From Octopus vulgaris (lineage: Eukaryota): DNA of 64,000 bases. Under the pieces are notes generated by a model. The model worked only from the letters and a program-made list of their open reading frames with translations, had not been told where the DNA came from and searched no databases. The position numbers and the translations under genes are program-made. Below, in pieces: positions 13,337-28,319 of the stretch (position 1 is the first letter of the stretch; the number at the start of each line of letters is the position of its first letter). Location of the stretch: assembly GCA_951406725.2 (NCBI GenBank), contig OX597826.1:8494001-8558000 (forward strand), read 5' to 3'.

Positions 13337-13381
13337 GGCCAGAGTTCTTTCGTCACACTCCTGTGACCTCATCAGTGGTCC
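13337..13381 (-). ncRNA. Minimal type-I hammerhead ribozyme motif, intact core
   Basis: Minus strand ggacca-CTGATGA-g-gtcaca-ggag-tgtgac-GAAA-g-aa-CTC-tggcc. Confidence 0.75.
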
Positions 13382-14096
13382 TTTGCTTTCATCTTTCTTA
13401 TTTGTGTGTCTCTCCTTACTAACGGTCAGCCATAAAGATTGGGATAAGATTAAGATTAATGTAAAAAATTAATAACGCTGAAGCAAAGTAACACCAAATA
13501 TATAATGCGTGTGTTTTTATTGGCTAAACTGGCAAAATGACCATTCCTAAATACAACAATATCTGTTTCAACACACGATTTCACATCAAAAATCTTGCAA
13601 AACAAATATATAAATTTTATTTTTTATTTTGTGTTTTTATTTTTTCTAGTATTAAGACGCGAAATGATAGCTGGCCGTTTACTATGGTGTATAAGTGATT
13701 CAGATTTCGACATTCCGCCTGAACAGAAAGCCGGTCAGCTACAGGTCCAAGGCCAGTAATTATGAAGGAAGGGTATAAGTCGATTGCATTGACTCCAGTA
13801 TTTGACTGGTTATTATGTTAGAGACTCCCGAGAAGATGAAAGATTAACCAATTTCTCAGTCGAAACAGATATTGTTCGCCTTAGCACAAAACATCCGGGG
13901 TTATTCGTCACTGAGAAGAACAAACAAGGTAGGAACAGAATGTCATACAATAATCTGAGGGATTATCGGCAGACGATAATCTGAGAGAGACCTATGTTAT
14001 TTTTCAATCACAAGTCTATTTGAGAAGTTTCTCTGAAACAAAATATTACACATAGTACGTGACATGTTTGTATATACATCATTATCATTATCCTGT

Positions 14097-14371
<275 letters not shown>

Positions 14372-14382
14372 AAGGAGGAGGA

Positions 14383-14836
14383 AGATTGAATGGATGCAAA
14401 AACAGTATTAGAGCAGAAGAAAACAAGATAGCATGGTATGTAGAAATGCCACAGAACCACTATTCTTGGAAGTAAGAAGGTCAGGCTTGCGTAAGATGGA
14501 AGATTGCAAAAATAAAGCACTGTACAAGGATTTTAGAATGAATGAAGCTGAAAATAGGTCAATAAAGAAAACAATGCATGGACAATTTAATAGGGATGTT
14601 GAAGATAAGACGGACAGAGAGAAATGATGGCTATGGATGAATAAAAGTGATTTAAAACCAGAAACGGAGGCTCTAATCTGTGCTACCCGAGAACAAAGAC
14701 TAGGAACCAATTGCATCAAATACAGAATGGAGAACAGATCAGAAAGTGTTGTACCCTTATCAGACGAGTAGTCATGATGAGCTTCGTATATTTTACCCTA
14801 GTGTCACGTTGATGGCATGCACTCCTCTCTGACTCA
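14383..14836 (+). mobile_element. R4/Dong-like LINE fragment (second subfamily) joined to a family D 3' tail
   Basis: Translates KKTMHGQFNRD...WLWMNKSDLKPETEALICATREQ, the linker region of RLE elements. Positions 14748-14836 match the family D 3' end. Confidence 0.7.
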
Positions 14837-14970
14837 ATAATGATGATGATGATGATGATGATGATGATGGTGCTGGTGCTGGCGCCGGTGCTGGTGGTGT
14901 TGGTGGTGGTGTTGATGATGATGATGATGATGATGATAATAATAATAATAATAACAATAACAATAATAAT

Positions 14971-16062
14971 ACAGCTAGAAAACTATCACAAAGTAACCAC
15001 CATGGGTCTACAAAAATACCTACTTCAGAAGCAAGGAAAACTAATAGAAATAGCCACAAACCACGAACAGTCATTAAGGAAGCTGACACATACAAAAAAG
15101 AAGTAATACTACCCAACACCTATGACAAAAAAAAAGAAGAAACAACAAAAGCTATAAAGCAACTGAAATGCAAACTAAAACTGGAACAGCAACGGATCAT
15201 GATAAAAGAATGGCAAGAAAAGCCTCGTCTTGGCAAATACTGGGTTAAACTAAACGCAAAAGTAATAGAGAAAGCAAAAATCCTAACAATGGCTAAGAAG
15301 CTCAGGACTCAAAGCAGAGACTGAAGGACATTTAATTGCAGCACAAGACCAAATGCTCCCAGCCAGAAATTACCAAAAACATATAATGTAAAGAAACATA
15401 ACAATTAACTGCAAAATATATGGAGATGGACAAGAAACAATAAGCCATATTTCGCTGGCTGCCCAGTCCAGGCTAAGAAGGAATATATTCAGAAACACGA
15501 CAGAATTGAGATCTATATACACTGGAAGCTATGCCAACACTGTGGAATAACAACAGAAAAAAGGATGGTATAGGCACACGTCAGAAAAGATCACAGAAAA
15601 TGAGAAAGCAACCATACTATGGGATATACCAATATACACAGATAGAGAAATTAAGGCCAATAGGCCGGATATAGTTGCCTGAGATCACTAAGAAAAAAAT
15701 GCTTTCTAATCGATGTATCAATGCCAACATATGTCAACGATTCTCAAAAAGAAATGGAGAAATTATCAAAATACAATAACCTGGAAATAGAGGTAACTCG
15801 AATGTGTAGTCTAAAAAGAGAAACAATTCCTGTAATAATAGGCGCGTTAGGTATAATAAAAAATATTCAGACAAATACATAACAAAAAACACCAGGACTA
15901 ACAGGTATATATAACCTACAGAAAATAACACTACTAGGTACTCCACACATCCTACGTAAAACACTTTCAATGCAGTAACAATAAGAGTATCACAACAAAT
16001 CACAGCACACAGAGCTGCGCACACTAGTGTAGTGAAAGCACGTGATAAAAATAAGACTACTG
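14971..16062 (+). mobile_element. R4/Dong-like RLE LINE, 5'-truncated and degenerate, in (AAT)n
   Basis: Colinear with 34513-35324 but carries stops and frameshifts. Same 3' end (actactg-aataat). (AAT)n on both sides. Confidence 0.88.
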
Positions 16063-16286
16063 AATAATAATAATAATAATAATAATTATCCTTTCAACAA
16101 GGCCTTACATTTTTAGAAGGAAGGGCCTAGTCGTTTGCAGCAACTCCAGTGCTTGACTGGTACTTCTTTTCTGGACTCTGAAAATATGAAACCAAAGTAG
16201 AACTGGCGGTATTTGAACTCAAAAGTAGTGCAAGTTATTTTCTCACACACACATATATATATATATACATATATATATACATATAC

Positions 16287-16364
<78 letters not shown>

Positions 16365-16379
16365 CATATATATATATAC

Positions 16380-16535
16380 AACAGGATTCTTTCAGTTTCC
16401 ATCTACCAACTCCACTCACAAGGTTTTGGTCGGCTCGAGGCTATAGTAGAAGACTCTTGCCCAAGGAGTCACGCAGTGGGATTGAACTCAGACTCATGTG
16501 GTTGAGAAGCAAGCTTCTTACCACACAGCCATGCC
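16380..16535 (-). mobile_element. SINE family A 5' half
   Basis: Matches the head of 6784-7205. Confidence 0.8.
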
Positions 16536-16555
16536 TTATAAAATATATATAATTA

Positions 16556-16805
16556 AGGTACTAAGAAGTACCAGATTTGCGAGAAATAGGAGTCATAAAA
16601 AACTCTGAAGCCACACTAATCATCATTAAATTTTTAGAAGCATGGTGTAAAAAAAAACTAAGTGAATGAGAATAGTGTCTTACCTCTGCAAGATTTCAAA
16701 AGAAATGGCAGTTAATTTGGTATAATAATTTAGAATTTAGCGCCAAAAGGCACTTGATAATCTTCAGCCAGATGTACTTGTAACAGTGATGGTAAATTCA
16801 CTTTA
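16556..16805 (+). mobile_element. Truncated copy of the MITE at 18028-18315
   Basis: Shares the terminal ggtactaa.aag.accagat. Its interior is the reverse complement of ~18090-18240. Confidence 0.6.
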
Positions 16806-16875
16806 CAATGCCTGTGGTTGTTTGGGTGCCTCAGTCTCATTGAAAAAATGAACTATGTGAATTATTTATTAATAT

Positions 16876-17039
16876 AGGTGCAGGAGTTGCTGTGTTGTAA
16901 GTAGCTTGCTTACCAACCACATGGTTCCAGGTTCAGTCCCACTGCGTGATACCTTGGGCAGGTGTTTTCTACTATAGCGTCGGGTCGACCAAAGCCTTGT
17001 GAGTGGATTTGGTTGACGGAAACGGAAAGAATCCCGTCG

Positions 17040-17119
<80 letters not shown>

Positions 17120-17318
17120 TGTGTTTGTCACCCCAACAGCTCTTGACAACTGATGTTGGTAGGTTTACATCCCCGTCACTTAGCGGTTCGGCAAGAGAGA
17201 CCGATAAAGTAAGTACTAGGATTACAAAGAATAAGTTCTGGGGTCGATTTGCTCGGCTAAAGCAGTGCTCCAGCATGAGTGCAGTTAAATGACTGAAACA
17301 AAAGAATAAAAGAAAAAG
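16876..17318 (+). mobile_element. SINE family A, full length
   Basis: Head aggtgcaggagttgctgtg, B box ggttcagtcc, internal (TA)(TG) run, tail ...gactgaaacaaaagaataaaag. Confidence 0.9.
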
Positions 17319-17399
17319 AATATATAAAAGAGCATCATTATTCAAATATAATAATAATAATAGTGACCGCAAGCATAAAACCTTATAGGTAAATTTACA

Positions 17400-18027
17400 T
17401 ATATATAAGAGATTAAAAAAGGAAAATACACACTTTATATAGTTTTAATATAATTTTTGATATATCGACAGGTTTCGCTTTTGCTATTCATGATATTAAG
17501 ATTCACTTATTTGAATGTGTATTTTCTTAGGAAGAATTTTTTGTCCATGTTGTGTGTGATGATATTTACGAGTGAATGACTTGACATGTAGAAAAATAAG
17601 GGGAGATGATTGGTTAGTGTTATTATTGTGGGCAAGGGAAATAACTGTTCAGCTTTCGGTAAGGGGAGGGGAATATATATATACACACAAGAATGTTTCG
17701 AAAAACTTGTTTAGTGAGGGGATTTGTGTACAATGATGTAATCGGGAATTGAAAAATGTAAAAAGATAAAAGTTGGTTATGCGTTCATATTAAGACCTGT
17801 TCGGTATTTTTCGATAAAAAGAGTTTCTTTACTAAAACGTTCTTGCGGTGAATTTGTGTCTTTGCACTGGTAGAAGGGGAAGACTGTGAAATTTGTTTTG
17901 ATGTTATCTGCATATTTTTCTATATATTCACTGAGAGGAATTTGCCTATATTGCGGGGAACGAATTTGCTCATTATACAGCGTGGTTCTCCGTCTCAAGG
18001 TCATGGTCGTCTCTCCAATATATTATT
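17400..18027 (-). mobile_element. Penelope-like element 3' fragment: GIY-YIG endonuclease C-terminus plus pLTR with decayed hammerhead
   Basis: Minus strand YIGETTMTLRRRTTLYNEQIR...ERFSKETLFIEKYRTGLN. Downstream motif atatc-atgaata-gc-aaaa-gc-GAAAC-ct-GTC-gatat at 17462-17496. Confidence 0.8.
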
Positions 18028-18315
18028 AGGGTACTAAAAAGCACCAGATGTTGCTAAAAATAAGAGTCATAGAAACTCTGAAGCCACAATGAATTTACCA
18101 GTATTGTTACGAGTAGATTTGAGTGAAGAGAATCAAGTGCTTTTTGGCGCTAAATTCGAAATCAGGATACCAGATCAACTGCTATTCGTTCTGCAGTCTT
18201 GCAGAGATAAGACACAATTCTTAATCATGCCTGCAAAAATTTAATGTTGATTACTGCATCCTCGGAGTTTTTTCTGAATCCTATTTTAAGTAAAGCTGGT
18301 GCTTCCTAGTACTCT
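18028..18315. mobile_element. MITE with imperfect terminal inverted repeats (probably Tc1/mariner type)
   Basis: agggtactaaaaagcaccag ... ctggtgcttcctagtactct. TA-rich flanks; second partial copy at 16556-16805. Confidence 0.65.
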
Positions 18316-18369
<54 letters not shown>

Positions 18370-18552
18370 TGTGCAAGCGAGGTTTCTCATTGCTATTCAA
18401 CTCTTTGTAATTATTCTCGTTGCAACGAAGTTACAAAAACAACCGAGTGAAGAATCGATATAAATCTTTGTTTAATGTTTATTTGCTTTAAATGTTATTG
18501 AGTCGAGTATCGATACCATCACCCACTATCGGCATATAGCTGGCCTAAGCAT

Positions 18553-19134
18553 CAGTGGTGGTGGTAGTAGTAGCTTCAGCATCAGCATCACCATCACCAT
18601 CGTCATCGTCATCCTCATCATCATCATTAGCAGCAGCATTAGCAGCAACAATAGAATCAGCATTGGTAGAGTCGTAGTAGAAGTAGTTGTAGTAGTAGTA
18701 GTAGTGGTAGTAGTAGCAGCGGCAGCAGTAGTTAGTGGTAGTGCTGATGGTTGTGACAGTGATAGTGATGCTAGTGACAGTGAGGGTAGTGGTGGTAGTT
18801 GTTTTGGTGTTGGCGTTGGTATTAATAATTGTTGTTGTGGTGGTGGTAGTGCTGGTGGTGATGGTTGTAGTAGTAGTAGTAGTAGGAAGAGGAGGAGGAG
18901 CAGGAGTGGACGGGGAGTACTAGCAGTGGATGTAGTGATAGTGGTGATGGTTGTGGTGGTGGTAGTGATGGTGGTGATAATGGTGTTCTTGGTAGTAGCA
19001 TTTGTTGTAATTATGGTGGAGGTAGTAGTAGAAGGAACAGTAGCAGTAGCGGCAGCAACAGGAGAAATAGTGTTAGTGTTGATAGTTGTGGTAGAGCTAG
19101 TGATGGTAGTGATAATAGAGGTGGTGGTGTTGCC

Positions 19135-19165
<31 letters not shown>

Positions 19166-19205
19166 TGGTGGTGGTGGTGGTGGTGGTGGTGGTGGTGGTG
19201 TGGTG

Positions 19206-19267
<62 letters not shown>

Positions 19268-19330
19268 TATGGTGGTGGTGGTGGTGGTGGTGGTGTGGTG
19301 GTGGTGGTGGTGGTGGTGGTAGTGGTGATG

Positions 19331-19373
<43 letters not shown>

Positions 19374-19382
19374 CTGTTGTTG
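18553..19382. repeat. Mosaic trinucleotide low-complexity tract (GTA/GTG/GAT/CAG)
   Basis: Direct reading; source of spurious poly-V/W/S ORFs. Confidence 0.95.
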
Positions 19383-20191
19383 TACAACGACGTCTGCACT
19401 GCACCGCACCGTACATGGGAAAAGCGCTGATGCTTGCCTTGGAACGATGGTTTAAGTCGTTTTATTCAACAGATACCGGAAGCTGTAACATCCATCCATA
19501 TCTTTTAATCATGCTGCCTTGATGCATCCATAGAAAGCAGAGGTTCAAAGGCTACTGTCCATTATGGCCGGAACTTCGTGCTAAGGTCAGTTCTTTATGA
19601 AGTGCTAACAAGCTTATCGCTGTTTAATGAGTATGTCCGGTAAATTCTGCCTTTGACAAATTAATCCAACCCCTTTAGCTTCACTAAAATCCTTCACCCT
19701 TTCGTGCGTTTACGATTTTACTGATCGAATATTCCAACAAGTTCTAGTTTAATCTTTCCTTCTCTTTCTCTAGCAAATGTTAATAGGCAGTATCGCTTTC
19801 TAACTCTCTCTCTCTCTCTCCAATTCATCTCCCTTTCCATCTATTTGTCGATCTCTCTCTCTCTCTCTCTCTTCCCATCTCCAGTTTTCGCCGCTCGTCT
19901 TTCCTTATTATCTATCTGTTCATCTCTATATTACTCTCTTCTATTCTGTGTATTTTACTCCTATTGATCTATCTGTGTTATCTGTGTGTCTGCACATTTA
20001 TCTATTTGTTTATCTCACTCGCAATCGCTTCTCTCTCTCCCTCTCTCTTCACTTTCTCATTCCATCCATTCAACTCCTCTGTGTGTGTGTGTGTAGGTAT
20101 ATATGTTTGTGGCTCTGGACGTCATTTCGCTTACACATTCAAACGCACATGCATCTATATATGCATGTATATACATACATACATATATATT

Positions 20192-20315
<124 letters not shown>

Positions 20316-20441
20316 CAGAAAAGATAAAGGAGAGGGAAACCCGTTTCGTTACAAATCTCAATGTTTTGATCTTTCAATCTCCTCAAAACATACCTAACAA
20401 ATATTGACGTGTGTGTGTATGTATGTATATATGTATGTATG

Positions 20442-20507
<66 letters not shown>

Positions 20508-20511
20508 TGTA

Positions 20512-20725
20512 AGGCGAGCTGGAATAATCGTTAGCACGACGGGCGAAATGCTTAGCAGTATTTCGTCTGCCGCTACGTTCTGAGTCCAAATTCCGCCGAC
20601 GTCGACTTTGCCTTTTTATCCTTTCGGGGTCGATAAATTAAGTACCAGTGAATTAGGGGTCGATGTAATCGACTAGTTCCCTCCCCATCAAACTTTCAGG
20701 CCTTGTGTGTGCCCTTAGTAGAAAT
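20512..20725 (+). mobile_element. SINE family C, best-preserved copy
   Basis: aggcgagctgg...tcgttagcac...aaatgcttagc...gagtccaaattcc (B-box-like), then central ccttt..atcctttcggggtcgataaattaagtaccag. Confidence 0.85.
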
Positions 20726-20809
20726 GTATTATTAGCAATCTCTCGAAAGGTACCGGTATGTGTGTTGGTGTGTGAAGGGGGGGCGGTGTAAGTCTATATA
20801 TATATATAT

Positions 20810-21190
20810 CTTTCTCTTTTACTTGTTTCAGTCATTTTGACTGCGGCCATGCTGGAGCACCGCCTTTAGTCGAGCAAATCGACCCCGGGACTTATTCTTT
20901 GTAAGCCTAGTACTTATTCTATCGGGGACGTAAACACACCAGCATCGGTTGTCAAGCAATGCTAGGGGGACAAACACAGACACACAAACACACACGTACA
21001 TATATATATAGATATATAAATATATACGATAGTCTTCTTTCAGTTTCCGTCTACCAAATCCACGCACAAGGCATTGGTCGGCCCGGGGCTATAGCAGAAG
21101 ACACTTGGCCAAGATGCCACGCGGTGGGACTGAACCCGGAACCATGTGGTTGGTTAGCAAGCTACTTACCACACAGCCACTCCTGCGCCT
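20810..21190 (-). mobile_element. SINE family A, with small internal deletion
   Basis: Colinear with 6784-7205. Confidence 0.9.
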
Positions 21191-21337
21191 ATAAATAAAT
21201 ATATATATATATACTTTCACACATGGATATGTATGCTCATACACACACTCATTGTTACTAATCTATCGATGAACATATAATACTTTATGTAAGACTGGCT
21301 CAAATGTATTAAGTGTAAATCATATAGATGTATAATA

Positions 21338-21500
21338 CAAAATGGAACAAGAATGCAAAACATCCAGACAGTTAGGTGATACAAGAAAGGCACAACAAAA
21401 CATCCAGATAGACGATACAAAGAAAACACGGATGGTTCATTCGGAGTTATCTTTCCTCAGTCGAGTTCCAGATTATCTTTGCAATTTCGGCCGGTTAATC
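21338..21500. repeat. Family E interspersed repeat (second copy 27841-28243)
   Basis: aaaatgg.acaagaa.gcaa.acat.cagacag...cctcagtcgagttccagattatctttgcaatttc shared with 27841-28000. Confidence 0.75.
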
Positions 21501-21911
21501 CCGACGATGCTGTAAAACAAGCCTTCCAAGATTTTATTCTAGATTGCAAGGCTTTTAGAGTTCTGGGCTGGACAAGATACCGCTGAAATTGCAAAAATGT
21601 TTTGACAATATGGGCGCATACTTTGATGAAAAAAAACTATTCCTTGTATTTATAAAACATTAGCAAACTATTTTTTCTTTTCTACAAATTTCATACTTGA
21701 CGACCTAAAAAAAAAATCTTCAGAAATCTTGTACATAGAAGCCAAATGGCACTTTCGACTTGTTATTGAGACATCCAAATTGTTTAATTCTTACATGTAA
21801 TTCACCTGATTAAAATGCTTTTTCTTTCTTTTTTTTCGCCTGATTTTACACTCATATTCACCAATAAAAAACAGTCTGAAACAGCTGTAGTGAACCACAA
21901 TCCATGTGTTG

Positions 21912-22760
<849 letters not shown>

Positions 22761-23013
22761 AATCCATGTTTTGTTATTTGTTTATTATTCGCCTACCTTG
22801 GAACCTGTAATTCACTTGGATCTGGAGTCTGTTGAGTGCAGTACAAGGGGTACAGTGTTTGTACACATGTGCAACTTTGAGGGCTCGATGTATATATTCA
22901 GTTGGACATTTGTGATTGTACGCGCAACCAAAGTATAAACCCGTGTCTGCTTTTGAAAGTACGTATTAGTCATCAAATATTGTATATACATACATAAATA
23001 CATACATATATAT

Positions 23014-23266
23014 GTTCTTTTATTCTTTTACTTTTTCAGTCATTTGACTGCGGCCATGCTGGATCACCGCCTTTAGTCGAACAAATAGACTCCTTTGTAA
23101 GCCTAGACTCTTATTCTGTCGGTGCCTTTTGCCAAACCGCTAAGTTACTGGCACGTAAACACACCAGCATCGGTTGTCAAGCGATGTTGGGTGGAAAAAC
23201 GCAGACACCCAAACATATACACACACATATATACATCCATAAATACACACACACACACACACACAC

Positions 23267-23318
<52 letters not shown>

Positions 23319-23320
23319 GA
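23014..23320 (-). mobile_element. SINE family A 3' half
   Basis: Matches the family A tail and shares private variants with 24383-24877. Confidence 0.85.
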
Positions 23321-23644
23321 TAGCCAAATCACCGCTTTACTATTTAAGAAAATGACACGCTTCAATTCTGAATTTATATATATATGTGTGTATATACGTA
23401 ATTACATTCACATTACACGCACACACACACACGAATATATATATGCATGCATAAACACATATATATGTATGTATGCGTGTGAGTGGGAGTGTGTGTGTAT
23501 GTGTGTTTGTTTGTGAGTGTGTGTATGTGTGTGTGTATGTGTGTGCGTGTGAAGCCAGCAGGATGGCATCATTCGAAAGCTAAGTTGAGGCAAAGCGTAT
23601 TGTGACCAGCGATGTATAATAACACCCGATAGAGTGGTTGATTA

Positions 23645-24308
23645 TCTTTTTAGCAGTGCTTGGAGGGATGGTGTGTTGAGTGTGATCGTCGCATTGACCA
23701 CGACAGAGAAAGTTGATCAGAGAATCTGCATCAGATTTTGCCAAAAGCTTGACGATACATGCCCAGAGGTCAACGCAAAGTTTTCAAAAAGTTTTCATCG
23801 TCCTCGACTCAATCAAGGAGATGTTGTGCAACTGAGCCCCGGGTGTCGCCTTGGTCAAATGAAAGCAGTTTTGGCACAAACTTGGCAGGCACACGTCTCA
23901 TACCCAAATCTTCAGTGATAATGGACTGAACTGAACCGTAACTAATCTGCACATTCTCTGATAACACACGGATGATAATTCGACGATTTCATCTCAACGC
24001 AGCACTCACATCTGGGATGTTTTTCTCACTTCAGCTGGTTGAGAATCTCCTAGAGCGTTCGTCCCTACCGACATCATTTCAGCTCCTGCATTCCTCTCCA
24101 TACACTTTCTGCTATTTTCTGTAGACCTCTGAGCAGCTATCGTCAAGCTTCTGGCAAAATTTCATGCAAATTGTCGGTGAATGCGAGGAAAACACTGTAC
24201 ACACCTTGCTTCCAAGCACTGCTGTAAACAACCAAACGGCTTCACTCTGCGCGCTTTAGTTTCGTTACTATGGCAATAGTCCGGATACTTATTGATCAGA
24301 CATCATAT
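23645..24308. mobile_element. Mariner-derived fragments in both orientations
   Basis: Plus strand EKVDQRICIRFCQKL (transposase N-terminus). Minus strand DLGMRRVPAKFVPKL (WVPHEL-equivalent). TIR-like tgatgtctgatcaataagtatccggact on the minus strand at ~24278-24305. Confidence 0.7.
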
Positions 24309-24327
24309 ATTAACGTGTGTGTGTATG

Positions 24328-25094
<767 letters not shown>

Positions 25095-25297
25095 ATATGT
25101 ATGTATGTATTTATGTATGTATGTATGTTATTATGTGTGTATTGAAGGCAGGTAAGTATATATAAAAATATATACATATTCTCTTTTACATTTTATCATA
25201 TGTCTTCTCCATCGACACACCTTATAACAAGAGAACTTTATATAGCTGTATATATATATATATATATATAGATAGATGTGAAAACCCTCTCATTTTT

Positions 25298-25345
25298 CTT
25301 GCCTGAAGATCCTGTGCACCGACAGGTGAAACTCTGTGTAGCAAG
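25298..25345 (+). ncRNA. Minimal type-I hammerhead ribozyme motif, intact core
   Basis: cttgc-CTGAAGA-t-cctgt-gcaccg-acagg-t-GAAAC-tctgt-GTA-gcaag. Stems I and II each have 5 bp. Confidence 0.7.
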
Positions 25346-26528
25346 GGACTGATTCCGCCAAAATACAATATATCATTAATCTCTACTGTCGTTTTGTGGG
25401 TTCTTGTATCAGACAGTTTACACCAAGAGTATACATACATACATACATACATACATACATACATACATACATACATACACATATATAAGGCAAAATGGCG
25501 TTATGTATTTATGTAACTGTTTGCTGTCCATCTGCGCTGCTAAACTGTCTCTGACTGTCTGCTTACATCACTGTTTGAATACATTATTTATCACCTGCAT
25601 ATATCATTTCTTACGATCAATTCTCAGTAGTTTTCACTTCCTACCTCACTTACCCATTCCCTCTCTTTCACTCACTCTCTTTCTCTTTCTCTATCTGTGT
25701 ACCTATCTCTCTCTCGCTTTTTTGGTCTCTCTCTCACTTTTATTTTCCTTATTTCTTATTCATTTACGTCCCCCTCTCTCGTCCCTGTGAAGAAGAGAAA
25801 AACGAGCCTTAAACTAGAGATTCGGTGAAAGTTCACCTTAGAATAATTTAATAAAATTCACGATATATATATTAAGTAATATTCTCTGTCACTCTCATTT
25901 TCCATCATCCCCTCTCACCTCTCTCTTTCTCTCTCTCTCACCTCTCTCTCTCTCTCTCACTGTCTTTCTGTGTCTCGCATTCTCTCCTCTTGATTACACG
26001 CCAAATACAGCTCATACATAATACACACAAACACGCGCACCCTACACACACAAAGATACGCTGCACATATATATATTCGATACGTAGGTAGACACACGAG
26101 TAAAACTGTTCTCGATACGGTAAGGAAAGTGTTATTTATAGCTCCAATACCTCACACTTGACTTTCATGTCTCCCGATCGTCAGATTGTGTACATGTGTG
26201 TGTGTGTGTGTGTGTGTGCGTGTGTATGCGTGTGTGTGTGTGTGTCTTTGAGTCTCTTTATGTCTGTGTCTGTCTGAGTCTGTGTATCTTTGTGTGTGCG
26301 CGTGTGTGTATGTGTGTGTGTGTATCTATTTATCGGTGTGTGTATGTACACGTGTATTCGGCGTTTACACACATAAACACACACACTTGTTTTTTAATTA
26401 CATTCTCTTAAACAATATACTTGGCAACTTGTTGCGAATGACTTCCGATATATATGTATGTATACATATATACATATATGTGTGTGTGTGTGTGTACACG
26501 TCTGTGTGTATGAGTACATATGTATATA

Positions 26529-26603
<75 letters not shown>

Positions 26604-26721
26604 TACAAATGTATACACGTATGCATATATACATATATGCATGTATACATATATGAATATATATATGCATATATATGTATGCATGAATGTATGTATATAT
26701 ATATATACATCGTATATATAT

Positions 26722-26796
<75 letters not shown>

Positions 26797-26980
26797 TACG
26801 TAGTGAGTATATATGCATATATGTTTATTAGCCTCTTCAAAACATTCCCTCATAGAAAAGCATTCTCACCCAGTCTGTAACGCTCAGTCTACTTTTCTTT
26901 TTCTTTTACTCCCTCTACATCTTTCTTCCGAACCCTCCTTCACTGACTTTTTCACATTCTCACTGCGTCTATGCTACCCT

Positions 26981-27015
26981 TTTCTGATGAAGGACTAATG
27001 TGCGAAACGTTATTA
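26981..27015 (+). ncRNA. Decayed minimal hammerhead motif in a pLTR-like module
   Basis: ttt-CTGATGA-a-ggac-taat-gtgc-GAAAC-GTT. Stem II has one mismatch and stem I is weak. Confidence 0.5.
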
Positions 27016-27723
27016 CTTTATCTTCCCACTGGAGCATTTAGCTAATACATTACTTGTTAAGCTTTCTGCTGGGAAGTTGTCATTGTTTGTTCATTGTATA
27101 CTCACACACACACACACATAGACACACACACACATATATATATACACACACGCACGTTGACACACAACACATATACATACAGACATGCAGGCACGCACAT
27201 CAAATCCATACGTACACACACCTTTTTCTTTTCTCTTCACTTATGATTTTCACTACCTTTGTGCGGTTTTTGTATCAGATTAATATAGAAATGTGCGTAT
27301 AGTATTTAATGCCAGCTAATGACAAAGGCGGAAGGACAGAAATGCGCATGTGCACACTTAGTAATTGCCTACGTGATGCATTTACATATATGCATGTATG
27401 TATGTAAATATGTATATATATATATATGTGTGTGTGTGATGTGTGTATACATACTTATACATACATATATATATACATATATACATGCTTATACTTATAC
27501 ACACACACATATATATGTATGTATGCATATATGTCTGCATGTCTGCATGTATGTATGTGTACGTGTATGCATATATGTATGTATGCGTGTGTGTATGTAT
27601 TCTGCATTTTGATGTTCTTGTGTGTTTTATGTATGTGTGTGTGTGCTTGCCTGTCCGTATTACCTATGTACCCCTCCATTTACCTACATATCTATATATA
27701 GATATGTAGATATATGTATATGT

Positions 27724-27802
<79 letters not shown>

Positions 27803-27840
27803 AATATATATATATATATACATATATATTTATATATAGA

Positions 27841-28243
27841 CAAAATGGGACAAGAACGCAACACATACAGACAGGTGATACAAGAAAGGGACAACAAAAC
27901 ATCTAGACAGACGATACAAAGAAAGCAAGGACGGGCCATTCGGAGTTTTCATTCCTCAGTCGAGTTCCAGATTATCTTTGCAATTTCAGCTGGTTATACT
28001 CGAGATTGCTCCAATCTGGCCAGCCCCAAGGAAAAACTAAGCTAAGAGCATTAGATTCCTTGGAAAACAGCAGCGAATGTATACGAAAACAAGGACTGTA
28101 AAAATGGAAGTCACACTCTGCCTCTACTTCTCTCTCTTCTCTCCCCACGTGACCGGTGTTCGGCCAAGCCCGACCTTTCTTGGTTCAGCCGCTGTCCGTG
28201 CAACATAAATGCCTGGATGCTTTGCGTTCTTGTCCCATTTTGT
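27841..28243. repeat. Family E repeat bounded by inverted termini
   Basis: caaaatgggacaagaacgcaa at 27841 and its reverse complement ttgcgttcttgtcccattttg at ~28222-28242. Confidence 0.7.
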
Positions 28244-28319
28244 AATTATTTAGGGCTCCCGCTGCACCATTGGTATAGCAAATCTCATACTTTTCTTTGT
28301 CCCTTTAGTCCATTGTCCC

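Noticed and set aside
18704-19522. 272-aa ORF and similar poly-V/I/L/Y/N ORFs throughout the window
   Set aside because: These are translations of trinucleotide and dinucleotide microsatellites with no domain content.
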